From Heptranchias perlo (taxonomy: Eukaryota): a stretch of DNA of 64,000 nt. The notes beneath the pieces are model-generated. The model was not told where the DNA came from, did not search any database, and saw only the letters and a program-made list of their open reading frames with translations. The translations under genes were made by a program, and so were the position numbers. The stretch is from assembly GCF_035084215.1 (NCBI RefSeq), contig NW_027139581.1, positions 3,100,001 to 3,164,000 of the forward strand, in the 5' to 3' direction. This document shows positions 47,197-58,932 of the stretch, piece after piece (positions within the stretch are counted from its first letter, which is position 1; the number at the start of each line of letters is the position of its first letter).

Positions 47197-48130
47197 AAGT
47201 CTTGATCAAGAAGTTTGCAGATGATATAAAAATTGACCGTGTTGTTGAGAGTGAGGAGGAAAGCTGTAGACTGCAGGAAGATATCAATGGACTGGTCAGA
47301 TGGGGAGAAAAGTGGCAAATGGAATTCAATCTACAGAAGTGTGAGGTAATGCATTTCGGGACAGACAAGGCAAGGGAGTACACAATAAATGGGAGGATAC
47401 TGAGAGGTTTAGGGGAACAAAGGGACCTTGGAGTGCATGACCACAGACCCCTGAAGGTAGCAGGATAGGTAGATAAAAAGGTTAAAAAGGCATATGGAGT
47501 ACATTCCTTCATTCGCCAAGGCATAGAATAGAAGAACAGGGAGTTTATGCCAGAACTGTATAAAACATTGGTCAGGCCACAGCTTGAGTGCTCCGGACAG
47601 TTCTGCCCACCACGTTACAGGAACAACGTGATTGCACTCGAAAGAGTACAGAGGAGATTTACGAGGATGTTGCCACTTCTGGAGAATTTTAGCGATGAGG
47701 AAAGATTGGATGGGCTGGGTTGTTTTCTTTGGAACAAAGGAGGCTGAGGGGAGATTTAATTGAGGTGTATAAAATTATGACTGGACGAAACAGAGTGGAC
47801 AGGGAGGACCTATTTCCCTTAGCGGAAGTGCAATTGACCAGGGGCATAGATTTCAAGTGATTGGTAGAAGGATTGGAGGGGAGCTGAGAAGAATCTTTTT
47901 CACCCAGAGGTTGGTGGGGTCTGGAACTCAATGCCTGAAAGGGTGGGAGAGGCAGAAATCCTCAACTCATTTAAAAAGTACTTGGATTTGCACTTGAAGT
48001 GCCATAACCTACACGGCTATAGACCAAGTGCTGGAAAGTGGGGTTAAGCTGGATAACTCTTTTTAGGCCGGCACGGGCACGATGGGCCGAATGCCCTCCA
48101 TCTGTGCCGTAACTTTCTATGATTCCATGA
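47197..48130 (+). mobile_element. CR1 3' fragment
   Basis: KKFADD, WQMEFNLQKCEVMHFG, LYKTLVRPQLE, ERVQRRFTRMLP. Tail TTCTATGATTCCATGATT. Confidence 0.9.
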
Positions 48131-48590
48131 TTCAGCCCCTCAAATCTGTAACACGGGAACAGTAGGAAGCCTCGTCAGATCCCCTCCCTGTTACATTGGA
48201 ACAGGAGGATGCCCATTAATCCCCTCGAGCCTGTGACACAGGAACAGGAGGAGTCCATTCTGCCTCTCAAGCCCATTACACAGGAACAGGAGGAGTCCAT
48301 TCTGCCTCTCAAGCACATTGCACAGGAACTGGAGGAGTCCATTCAGCCTCTCAAGCTTGTTACACAGGAACTGGAGGAGTCCATTCTGCCTCTCAAGCCC
48401 ATTACACAGGAACTGGAGGAGTCCATTCTGCCTCTCAATCCTTTTACACAGGAACAGGAGGAGGCCATTCTGCCTCTCAAGCCCATTACACGGGAACAGG
48501 AGGAGGCCATTCTGCCTTTCAAGCCTGTTACAAAGGAACAGGAGGAGGCCATTCTACCACTCGAGCCTTTCCCGCCATTTTATTAAATCT
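48130..48590 (-). repeat. 42-bp minisatellite, about 10 units, derived from an antisense CR1 3' terminus
   Basis: The unit ACACAGGAACAGGAGGAG(G/T)CCATTCTGCCTCTCAAGCCCATT matches the reverse complement of GCTCGAGGGGCTGAATGGCCTCCTCCTGTTCC. It continues into single-copy CR1 tail sequence at 48590-48660. Confidence 0.88.
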
Positions 48591-48739
48591 TTGCCGATCT
48601 GTATCTCACTCCATTTCCCCGCCTTAGCTCCATATCCCTCGATCCCCAGACCAAATTAAATGCGAGGTTTTATGACTTACTACTTTGTACTGAAAACAGA
48701 ATCTGATCCTGTTCAGAAACTAGAAACCAGGGAAACAGA

Positions 48740-49560
48740 CAGACTAAGTGAGTGGGCAAAACTGGGGCAGAATTTATGTTTAATGTGGGCAAGTGTGAGA
48801 CCATCCACTTTGGGTCAGGGAAAAACAAAGGAGAAAATTTTCTTAATGGGGAGAGATTAGGAACCGTGGATGAGCAGAGAAATTTGGGGTTCAAGTACAC
48901 AATTCACCAAAATTAATCAAAAGCCTATTGGGCTGTTGGCCTTTATCTCAAGAGGGCTGGAATACAAAGGTGGTGGAAATTATGGTGCAATTGTTTGGAG
49001 CTCTGGTTAGAACCCATCAGGAGACTGTCTTCAGTTCTGGGCACCGAACCTCAGGAAGGGTATATTGGCCTTGGAGGGGGAGCAGCACAGATTCACCAGA
49101 ATGATACAGGGGCTTAAATCGCTACATTATAAGGACAGGTTGCATAAAATTTGCTTGTATTCCCTTTAATTTAGAAGGTTGTGGGGATTTCTGATCGAGG
49201 AGTTTAAAATGATCAGGGGATTAGATAGGGTAGATACGGAGAAACTATTTCCTCTGGTGGGGGAATCCAGAGCAAGGGGGCTAATCTTAAAATTATAACT
49301 AGGCTGTTCAAGGGAGATGTCAGAAAGCAGTTCTTCTCAAAAAGAGTAGTCGAAATCTTGAACCGTCTCCCCCAAAAGGCTGTGGATGCTGGGTGTCAAT
49401 TGAAGCTTTAAAGACTGAGATTGATAAGGTTTTTGTTGGGTGAGGGGATCAAAGGATACGGAACAAAGGCGAGTAAATGGAGTTGAGGTCCAGATCAGCC
49501 ACCATCTAATAGAATGGCGGAACAAGCTGGTGGGTCTGAATGGCCTCCTCCTAACCCTAT
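48740..49560 (+). mobile_element. Degenerate CR1 3' fragment (similar to 6320-7230)
   Basis: DRLSEWAK..., GGCTGGAATACAAA, CAGATTCACCAG and the CR1 tail. Confidence 0.8.
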
Positions 49561-49679
49561 GCTCATGAGTGATTAATGTTAGCGGTCTGGCAAGCACCAC
49601 AAGTGGGGTCTAATAGCGTCGACCCCGCCCCCCACAACAGCTTGTTACAACAACAATTTGCCCCTGTGCTAGATCCTGC

Positions 49680-51361
49680 GGTAAACTTTAAAGAGGAGAG
49701 GTGTGAAATGTTGTATCAGGTGAACATAACGAGAGAGGAAGCACTGGAGGGACTGGAATCTTTGATTGTTCATAAGTCACCAGGGCCGGATGGATTGTTT
49801 CCTCGGCTATTGAAGGAAACCGGGGAGGAAATAGCGGATGCTCTGAGGATCATTTTCCAATCCTCACTAGATACAGGGGAGCTCCCGCAGGACTGGAATA
49901 CTGCAAACGTAGTACCATTGTTTAAATAGGGTACGAGGGAAATGCCGAACAATTATGGGCCGGTCAGTCTTACCTCGGTGGTGGGCAAACTATTAGAATC
50001 AATACTGAGAGATAGGATAAACTGTCACTTGGAAAGACATGGTTTAATCAGGGATAGTCAGCATGGATTTGTTCAGGGAAGGTCATGCCTGACAAATCTG
50101 ATTGAATTCTTTGAGGAAGTGACAAGGAGGATTGATGAGGGTAGTGCAGTGGATGTTGTCTACCTGGAATTTGGTAAGGAATTTGACAAGGTCCCACATG
50201 GCAGACTGGTCAGAAAGGTAAACTTCCATGGGATACAGGGAAATGTGGCAAATTGGATCCAAAAATTGGCTCAGTAACAGGAAACAAAGGGTCAAAGTCG
50301 ATGGATGTCTTTGCGAATGGAAATCCGTTTCCGGTTGTGTGCCACGGGGCTCAGTGTTGGGTCCCTTGCAGTTTGTGGTATATGTTCATGATTTGGACTT
50401 GAATGTCCGGGGCATAATTGGCAAATTTGCAAGCAACACAAAAATTGGATGTGTGGTTGATCGTGAAGAGGATAGCTGTGGACTCCAAGAAGATATCAAT
50501 GGGTTGGTGGTGTGGGCGGAAAAGTGGCAAATGGAGTTCAACCCGGAGAAGTGTGAGGTAATGCACTTAGGGAAGGCAACCAGTAAAAGGGAATACGCAA
50601 TAAACGGGAATATATTGAGAGGGGTAGAGGAAGTGAGAGACCTTGGAGTGTATGTGCACAGGTCCCTGAAGGTGGCAGTACAGGTAGATAAGGTTGTGAA
50701 GAAGGCACACGGAATGCTCTCCGTTATTCGCCGAGGTATAGAATACAAAAGCAGGGATGTAATGATGGAACTGTATAAAACGCTGGTAATGCCACAGCTG
50801 GAGTATTGTGCGCAGTTCTGGTCACCACATTACAGAAAGGACGTAATTGCTCTGGAGAGAGTGCAGAAGAGATTTAAAAGAATGTTGCCAGGCCTTGAAA
50901 ATTGCAGCTGCAAGGAGAGATTGGATAGGCTGGGGTTGTTTTCCTTGGAGCAGAGGAGGCTGAGTGGAGACTTGATTGAAGTGTACAAAATCATGAGGGG
51001 CCCAGGTTGAGGAGGCAGGAAGTAACTGTTTCCCCTAGCGGATAGTTCAAGAACAAGAGGAAATAGATTTAAACTGATTGGCGGAAGGATTGGAGGGGAC
51101 ATGAGGAAAAGCTTTTTTTACCCAGAGGGCGGTGGGTGTATGGAATTCGGTGCCCGAATTGGTGGTAGAAGCAGGGACCCTCAACTCTTTTAAAAAGTAC
51201 CTGGATCTGCACCTAAAGTGCTGTAAGCTGCAGGGCTACGGACCAGGTGCTGGGAGGTGGGATTAGAATGGGCACATGGTTGTTCTTCGAGCTGGCGCGG
51301 ACACGATGGGCCGAATGGCCATCTTCTGTGCTGAATCTTTTCTATGGTTCTATGGTTCTAT
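49680..51361 (+). mobile_element. CR1 LINE 3' ~1.7 kb, frameshifted
   Basis: KSPGPDG, SQHGFVQGRSCLTNLIEFFEEVT, PQLEYCAQFWSP. Tail TTCTATGGTTCTATGGTTCTAT. Confidence 0.92.
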
Positions 51362-52048
51362 CCCTTTTCAAAGCACTGATGTTGTCTCCCTTCCCGTTAG
51401 GTATTTTCACCGCTGAATTTCATTTGCCCCTTTCTATAACTACTTTAATCCAAATTATATTATGATCACTATTACCCAGATGTTCTCCCAATGAAACTCA
51501 GTCCACTTGCCTTACTTCATTCCATAACACTGGATCCAGCACCGCCTCCTTCCTCTTTGGGCTAGAAACATACTGATTAAGAAAGTTCTACAAAACACAT
51601 TTTAGGAATTTTTCACCCTTCTTGCCCTTTACGATGTTGTTCCCCCCAGTCTTCTCTGTTTCTGTGGAAATAATTCCAATATCTGACCCGAAGACAGTTT
51701 CCCTTCCTCGGCTTCATTCGATTCAATCGACACTGTGCTCTCTATGGCTTTAATGTAGTTTCTATAATGGGATGCACAAAGCTGCACACAATACTCTGGA
51801 ATTGTGGGCCAACCCATGTTTTGTACAAATTTGTCATTGCTTCTTTATATTTGTACTGTGTGACCCAACTTATAAAGTTCAAAATGCTGTTTGCATTTGT
51901 TTATGATTTATGGAGCTGCCGTCACAATTCCATGGAATTATACATTTAAGTACTTAATTCTCACTTTTACTCAACATCATTCGGCGTCTTTTCATTAACT
52001 GTATACACAAATTCATTGATTTGCTTCCAATATCTATCACTTTACATT
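51362..52048 (-). mobile_element. Old antisense CR1 fragments
   Basis: The reverse complement includes LDPV..N / DHN-like and EYCVQLCASHYR sequence. Confidence 0.5.
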
Positions 52049-52049
52049 A

Positions 52050-55028
52050 CAGAGTGGAGCTACAATAGGGGGTGATGTGCAGCCAAATATCGAGAAAAAA
52101 ACAAGTCAGCTTGGAAGACAGGGCAAATATGTGAGGGCAAGGCTGGATGGCATCTATTTTAATGCAAGGAGTCTTGCGAATCAGGTGGATGAACTGAAGG
52201 TGTTGATAAACACATGGGAGTATGATATTGTTGCTGTCACAGAGACATGGTTGAGGGAGGGGCAAGACTGGCAGCTCAATATTCCGGGGTACAGAATCTT
52301 CAGGCGAGACAGAGGGGGAGGTATAAGAGGAGGGGGGGTCGCAATATTAATTAAAGAATCAATTACTGCCATAAGGAGGGATGATATATTAGCAGGTTCC
52401 TCTAATGAGGCCATATGGGTGGAGCTTAAAAACAAAAAGGGGGCAAGCACTTTGATGGGAGTGTACGATAGGCCCCCAAACAGTCAGGGGGAGATAGAGA
52501 AACAGATATGTAGGCAAATCTCAGAAAATTGTGCAAATAATAGGGTAATAATAGTGGGGGATTTCAACTTCCCCAATATTAACTGGGATACTCAGAGTGT
52601 AAAAGGCTTAGAGGGTACAAAATTCTTAACGTGCATCCAGGAGAGCTTTTTGAGCCAGCATGTAGAAAGTCCTACAAGAGAGGGGGCGGTACTGGACCTA
52701 ATTCTCGGGAATGTGGCCGGCCAAGTGGAAGAAGTGCTATTAGGTGAGCACTTTGGTGACAGTGACCATAATTCGGTGAGATTTAAGGTGGTCATGGAAA
52801 AGGGCAGGGAGGGGACGGAAATAAAGGTTCTAAATTCGGGGAAGGCCGATTTTAATAGGATAAGGCAGGATCTGGCCAAAATGGACTGGGATCAGCTGCT
52901 TGTAGGAAAATCCGCATCGGAGCAATGGGAGTCTTTCAGAAGGGAGATTGAGACCATACAATGGCAACATGTTCCCGTAAAGGTCAAGGGTGGTTCCAAG
53001 AACTCCAGGGAACCTTGGATGTCAGGGGATATACGAGAATGGATTAGGAAAAAAAGGAGGGCTTTTGGCAGATACAAAAGGCTAAAGACGGAGGAAGCCC
53101 TAGAGGAGTACAAAAAGTGCAGGGGGATACTTAAAAAAGAAATTAGGAGATCAAGGAGGGGCCATGAAATAACACTGGCGAGCAAAATAAAGGAAAATCC
53201 TAAGATGTTTTATAAGTATATTAAGGGTAAGAGGATAACTAGGGAAAAAATAGGGCCCATTAGGGACAAAAATGGCAATCTGTGTGTGGAGCCGGCAGAT
53301 GTAGGAGGGGTTCTAAATGAATTTTTTGCATCTGTTTTCACTATGGAGAAGGACGATGTAGACATAGAAATACGGCAGGGGGACTGTGATATACTCGAAC
53401 ATATTAACATCGAGCGGGAGGAGGTATTGGCGGTTTTAGCAGGCCTAAAAATGGATAAATCCCCAGGCCCGGACGAAATGTATCCCAGGCTACTCTGTGA
53501 GGCAAACGAGGAGATTGCGGGGGTTCTGACACATATATTCAGAACCTCTCTGGCCACAGGGGATGTGCCAGAGGACTGGAGAACCGCTAATGTAATACCA
53601 TTATTCAAGAAGGGGAGTAGGGAAAAACCGGGGAACTACAGGCCAGTGAGCCTAACATCAGTGGTAGGAAAATTATTGGAAAAAATTCTGAAGGACAAAA
53701 TTAGTCTCCACTTGGAGAAGCAAGGATTAATCAGGGATAGTCAACATGGCTTTGTCAAGGGAAGATCATGTCTGACTAATTTGATTGAATTTTTTGAGGG
53801 GGTGACTGGGCGTGTGGATGAGGGTAACGCAGTGGATGTGGTATACATGGATTTCAGTAAGGCCTTCGATAAAGTCCCCCACAGGAGACTGGTCAAGAAG
53901 GTACGAGCCCATGGAATCCAGGGTGCCTTGGCACTTTGGATACAAAACTGGCTTCGTGGCAGAAGGCAGAGGGTGATGGTCGAAGGTTGTTTTTGTGACT
54001 GGAAGCCTGTGGCCAGTGGGGTACCACAGGGATCGATGCTGGGTCCCTTGCTGTTTGTGGTCTACATTAATGACTTGGATATGAATGTAAAAGGTATGCT
54101 CAGTAAGTTCGCTGATGATACAAAGATTGGTAGGGTGGTAAATAGCGAGGAGGATAGCCTCAGTCTGCAGGACGATATAGATGGGTTGGTCAGATGGGCG
54201 GAACAGTGGCAAATGGAATTTAACCCGGAAAAGTGCGAGGTGATGCACTTTGGAGGGACTAACAAGGCAAGGGAATAGACAATGAATGGGAGGACCCTAG
54301 GCAAGACAGAGGGTCAGAGGGATCTTGGTGTGCAAGTTCACAGATCCCTGAAGGCGGCGGAACAGGTAGATAAGGTGGTAAAGAAGGCATATGGGATACT
54401 TGCCTTTATTAGCCGAGGCATAGAATATAAGAGCAAGGAGGTTATGATGGAGCTGTATAAAACACTGGTTAGGCCACAGCTGGAGTACTGTGTGCAGTTC
54501 TGGTCGCCACACTACAGGAAGGATGTGATCGCTTTGGAGAGGGTGCAGAGGAGATTCACCAGGATGTTACCAGGGCTGGAGCGCTTCAGCTATGAAGAGA
54601 GACTGGGAAGATTGGGTTTGTTTTCCTTGGAGCAGAGGAGGCTGAGGGGGGACATGATTGAGGTGTACAAAATTATGAGGGGCACAGATAGGATGGATAC
54701 TAAGAAGCTTTTTCCATTCGTTGAGGGTTCTATAACAAGGGGACATAGATTCAAGGTAAAAGGCGGGAGGTTTAGAGGGGATTTGAGAAAGAACTTTTTC
54801 ACCCAGAGGGTGGTTGGAGTCTGGAACTCACTGCCTGAAAGGGTTGTGGAGGCAGGAACCCTCACAACATTCAAGAAGCATTTGGATGAGCACTAGAAAT
54901 GCCATAGCATACAAGGCTACGGACCAAATGCTGGAATATGGGATTAGAGTAGACAGAGCTGATGGCCGGCGCGGACACGATGGGCCGAAGGGCCTCTATC
55001 CGTGCTGTATAACTCTATGACTCTATGA
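52050..55028 (+). mobile_element. Young CR1 LINE with an essentially complete ORF2 (APE + RT), two premature TAG stops, no ORF1
   Basis: One frame 52077-54947 with stops only at 54276 and 54894. YFNARSL, TETWL, GDFNFP, SDHN, QHGF, GVPQG, FADD. (ACTCTATG)2 3' terminal repeat. Confidence 0.95.
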
Positions 55029-56214
55029 CATACAACTGCCTCGTGTCTGCTCAATCCAGCCAAGCTGCCTGCATCGTTCTTTAATGTTGTTATAGTCTTC
55101 CTCATATTTTGCCAAACCCTGCTTTTGTTTCTCAGCAAAATTAGAGATTGTCTAAGTCCAAATCATCTCGAGAAGCAGTGGGAGTTAGTGGGGTTTGGCA
55201 CATGGACATTCCTTGATTAACCCGAGCACTGCTACCTGCTCCTCAGTTTTAGATCTAATGATGGATCCTAAGAGTTTCTCCACAAACAAGATTGGAACCT
55301 TTGGTCTACACGTATCCAATGGATTTCTCTCTCCCTCCCGTACCAAAAACACCAATCTAATTTCATACCAAGACACCACAATGTCAGAACATACTGGGCC
55401 TTTCTCAATCATCCCCAGGGAGAAGTGATATCGTAGATTGGATGGCAAAAAGTGAAACAGTCCCTAACCGAAGAGACTAACTATTAAAGCTTCATCCGAG
55501 TCATCAGCCAGGGTGCAGTAAAATGTGTTATAACCAAAGAGAAAAAAGACAAATAATTAATAAATCTTCATCTTCGTAACTGTAGCTGGTTTCATCTTAG
55601 CTAGCAGACTCCCTGAAGGTTGCCTCACAGTGGGACAAACCTATTTCAATGTGCTGTCTGTGGACAAACCAATTTATGTTGTTCGAACAAAAAGATTTCT
55701 CCGAGTAGCTGCCGATGTTAATGTATCTCATCAAATCCGCCTATTATATAAATCTCTTTCTGATACAAGAATATTAGCCCAGAAATTACTTTTGCTCATA
55801 CAGTGGACAACTAATTAACACATTCCAATGAAAATCAGGAACAACTTGCATTCACAGACCGCCTTTAATGTAATAAACATTCCCAAGGGGATTCACAGGG
55901 GCTGGAAGTAAAACAGGCACAAACGGAATCAGGAGGGATGATGAAATCCTTCGGCAAGGAGGGTTTAAGGGGGGTGTAAAACGAGAGACGAAGGGGATCA
56001 GGTTGGTTTTAGTTGTGTGAAGGAATGGCCACCAATGGTGGGATGAAGACAGAGGAGGATGGTAAAGTATAACAATAACTACCTGGATTGATAAAGCGCC
56101 TTTAACATGGATAAAAGTTAAAGGTGCTTCACAGAGATATCATCCGACAAAAATGGACCCCAGCCAAGGATGGGGATATTCGTAGAGGGACAAAAGCTTG
56201 GAGCAAGAGATGGA

Positions 56215-56673
56215 TAGAAAGAAAGAAAGAAAGTTACATTTATTAAGCGCATTTCACAATCTCAGTATGTCCCAAAGTGCTTTGCAGCCAAAGAAATACT
56301 GTTGTAATGTAAGAAACACAGCGGGCATACTGCACACAGCAAGATCCCACAAACAGCAATGTGAAATTGAACAGATCATCTGGTTTTAGTGATGTTGATT
56401 GAGGCATAAATATTGGCCAGGCCAGCGGGGAGAACTTCCCTGCTCTTCTTCGAATAGTGCCATGGGATCTTGTACATCGACTTGAGGGGTCAGACGGACC
56501 CTCGGTTTAACGTCTCATCTGATGAAGGACTGCACCTGTGACAGTGCAGCATTACCTCAGTACAGCACTGAACTGAAGATTTTGTGTTGAAGTCGCTGAA
56601 GTTGGTCTTGAACGCACAAACTTCTCATCTTCTAACTCAGAGGCAAGAGTCCCACCCACTGAATCACAGCTGA
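56215..56673 (-). mobile_element. tRNA-headed SINE with a Deu-domain-like core and L2-like tail (SacSINE1/AmnSINE1-related)
   Basis: On -: A-box-like TGATTCAGTGG, B-box-like GTTCAAGACC, core GATGAGACGTTAAACCGAGG...AGATCCCATGGCACTATTCGAAGAAGAGCAGGG, (TTTC)n end. The family name is recalled from known consensus, not searched. Confidence 0.72.
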
Positions 56674-56679
56674 CACCTG

Positions 56680-58200
56680 AAAGGGAGTAATGTAGATGGG
56701 AGAACTTTGGGAGCACACCTGGGGCGTGGACGTGGCTTCAGGTTCAGCTGCCAAAAGTAGGGCAAAGAGATTGTGGATACACAAGCAGCCAGAGGTGGAG
56801 GAGAAGAGAGAGGGGCTGTAAAACTGGAGGAGGTTGCAGAGATAGGGAGGGGTGAGGCTCTCATGTATTTAAGCGTAAGGAAGAAAACGATAAAGACTTA
56901 GGAGACTGGAAGCCAATGCAGGTCAGTGAGGGCTTGGATGATTGGTGAAGGAGATAGTGAGGGATAGGTTACAGACAGCAGAGTTTTGGATGAGTTGAAG
57001 TTTTTGGAGATGCCGGAGAGGAGAACAAAGGCCAGAGAGGGTAGAAAGGCATGGCTAAGGGTTTTAGTAGCAGATTATCAAGGCGAGTGGAACGGGTGTT
57101 ATTACGGACCCGGAAGAAGGCGGTCTTTGTGATGGAGAGGATATGGGATCAGAAGCTCAGCACGGGGTCGAATGGGACGTCAAAGTTACGAACAGTGAGT
57201 TTCAGCCTCAGACAAAAGCCAGGCATGGGGATGGAATCAGTGCCGAGGATTTGGAGATTGTGGGGCCAAAGGTCATGACATTCCAATTGTAACTGGAGGA
57301 AATTGTAGCTTATTTAAAACAGGTTGTCGGTCTGATAACACAAAGACATTGGAAAGGTCGACAGGGGCGGTGATTTTGTCCACGTTCAACTGAAAGCAGG
57401 TCCATGTTTGCAGACGAAGTCACCATAGATGAGGAAAAGGGATAGGTTACAGACAGCCTTGATAATCTGCTACTAAAACCCTTAGCCATGCCTTTCTACC
57501 CTCTCTGGCCTTTGTTCTCCTCTCCGGCATCACCATGTAGATGAGGAAAAGGAGGGAGCCGAGGATTGAACCTTTAGAAACATCAGAGATAACGGTGGTA
57601 GGGTGGGAAGAGAAGCTTCTCCCGGTTACGATCAGATCATTGAGTGGAAACAAGCGAGGGTCGTCCCACCAAAAGAGGACAATGTCTGATGAATGAGGAG
57701 GTCATGGGTGGATTTGCTGTAGGTGCTTGGGGAAATGTTCATGGTTATGTGGAAAGAGCAAGATGGTGGGACTAATTGAATAGCTCTTTCAAAGAGCCGG
57801 CACAAGCAAAATGGGTCGAATGGCATCCTTCAAATTCGATGAATTAATTTGTGGTGGGGTGGGGGGCGGATGCAGAGGGGTGGCCCATGGACGAATTTAA
57901 AATCAAGGATGAGAATTTTAAATTTCAGGGATATGGGAGTGGGTGCCAGTGAGGGTCAGTGAGGCCGAGCGGGACCTGGTGCTGGTTGGTCACAGGCAAC
58001 AGAGATTTGGACGAGCTCAGGTTTATGGAAGGTGGAGGATCGGTGGCCGGCCAGGACTGTATTGGAGGAATGGAGTCTGGAAGGGACAGAGGCATGGATG
58101 AGGGACTCAATGGCAATGGGCTGAGGAAGGAATGGAGGCGGGTGAGGGAAACAGGGGGCCTTTGTGATGGAGGTCAAATCAGGTCATCAGTTCAGCTCGG
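56680..58200 (-). mobile_element. Highly degenerate L2-type LINE
   Basis: ISDVSKGSILGSLLFLIYM (GVPQGS.LGP.LF..Y) and IESLIHASVPSRLHSSNTVLAG (LVHAFVTSRLDY.N..LAG-like). Confidence 0.7.
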
Positions 58201-58699
58201 CGTTACACGGGGCCAATTTTACTGGACCCGTTAACCAATGTAGAATAAACGGGTAAACACCTGCAGTAAAATAGCGGAGAGTGGAATCCCAATGGGGCAC
58301 TTTCAGTCTCCGTCCCCTAATATCACCCACAGTCATTTCTAGGCTGCAATCCTCAACCTGCCCTTTAACTCTCCTCGTGTCGGAGACTCAAAATTCATAT
58401 TTTGACTGGGAAACTGCAGGAACAGAGTGAAACGGGTCTGGTTGAGTCCCTGGATTTAATGTACACTGCGGATAAATCGGTATACATTATAAATGAATCG
58501 CCAAGAGTGAACATGACCAATACAATTATATGAAAACTGTGAATGAAGCCGCTCATTATTGTTGGATCAGTCCTGTATGAGCACAGATTTTAACTTTATT
58601 CCTGAGAGAGGTCTCATTAAGATAATGTCCTGGACTTTGAGATGTTTGTGTTATATCCACCACATTATTTATATCGGAGTCAAAGCTGCTGATGTAATG

Positions 58700-58778
58700 T
58701 GTTTGTTCAAGTGACTGTAACTAATAGCAATGATCAGGAGTATAACCATGTCAGTGTCGACTTGTCCCCTGTATAAAT
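58700..58778 (+). promoter_or_regulatory. GPCR-2 core promoter (TGTTTGTTCAAGTGACTGTAACTAAT ... ATGTCA ... TATAAAT)
   Basis: TATAAA at 58772. Same motif order and spacing as 39331-39252. Confidence 0.7.
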
Positions 58779-58862
58779 CAGGGTTCATTGGAATTCATCA
58801 GTTCAGGGCGTCTTCTGGAGTTATGTTTACCAGACCAACAGAAGTGACAGCTTCTCACAGAA

Positions 58863-58932
58863 ATGGGATATCCAGTAATATTTCAGATAGAAGACATTTA
58901 CTATCCTGCCCTTTCAGCCGTTGGAGTGCCGG
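58863..58932 (+). CDS. GPCR-2 exon 1 (MGYPVIFQIEDIYYPALSAVGVP)
   Basis: GAA-ATG-G start, 70 nt, donor G|GTAAGC at 58933. IYYP...VGVP matches GPCR-1 exon 1. Confidence 0.88.

Noticed and set aside
56600-56673. Possible tRNA gene (A/B box-like motifs)
   Set aside because: No cloverleaf. It is the decayed head of a SINE.
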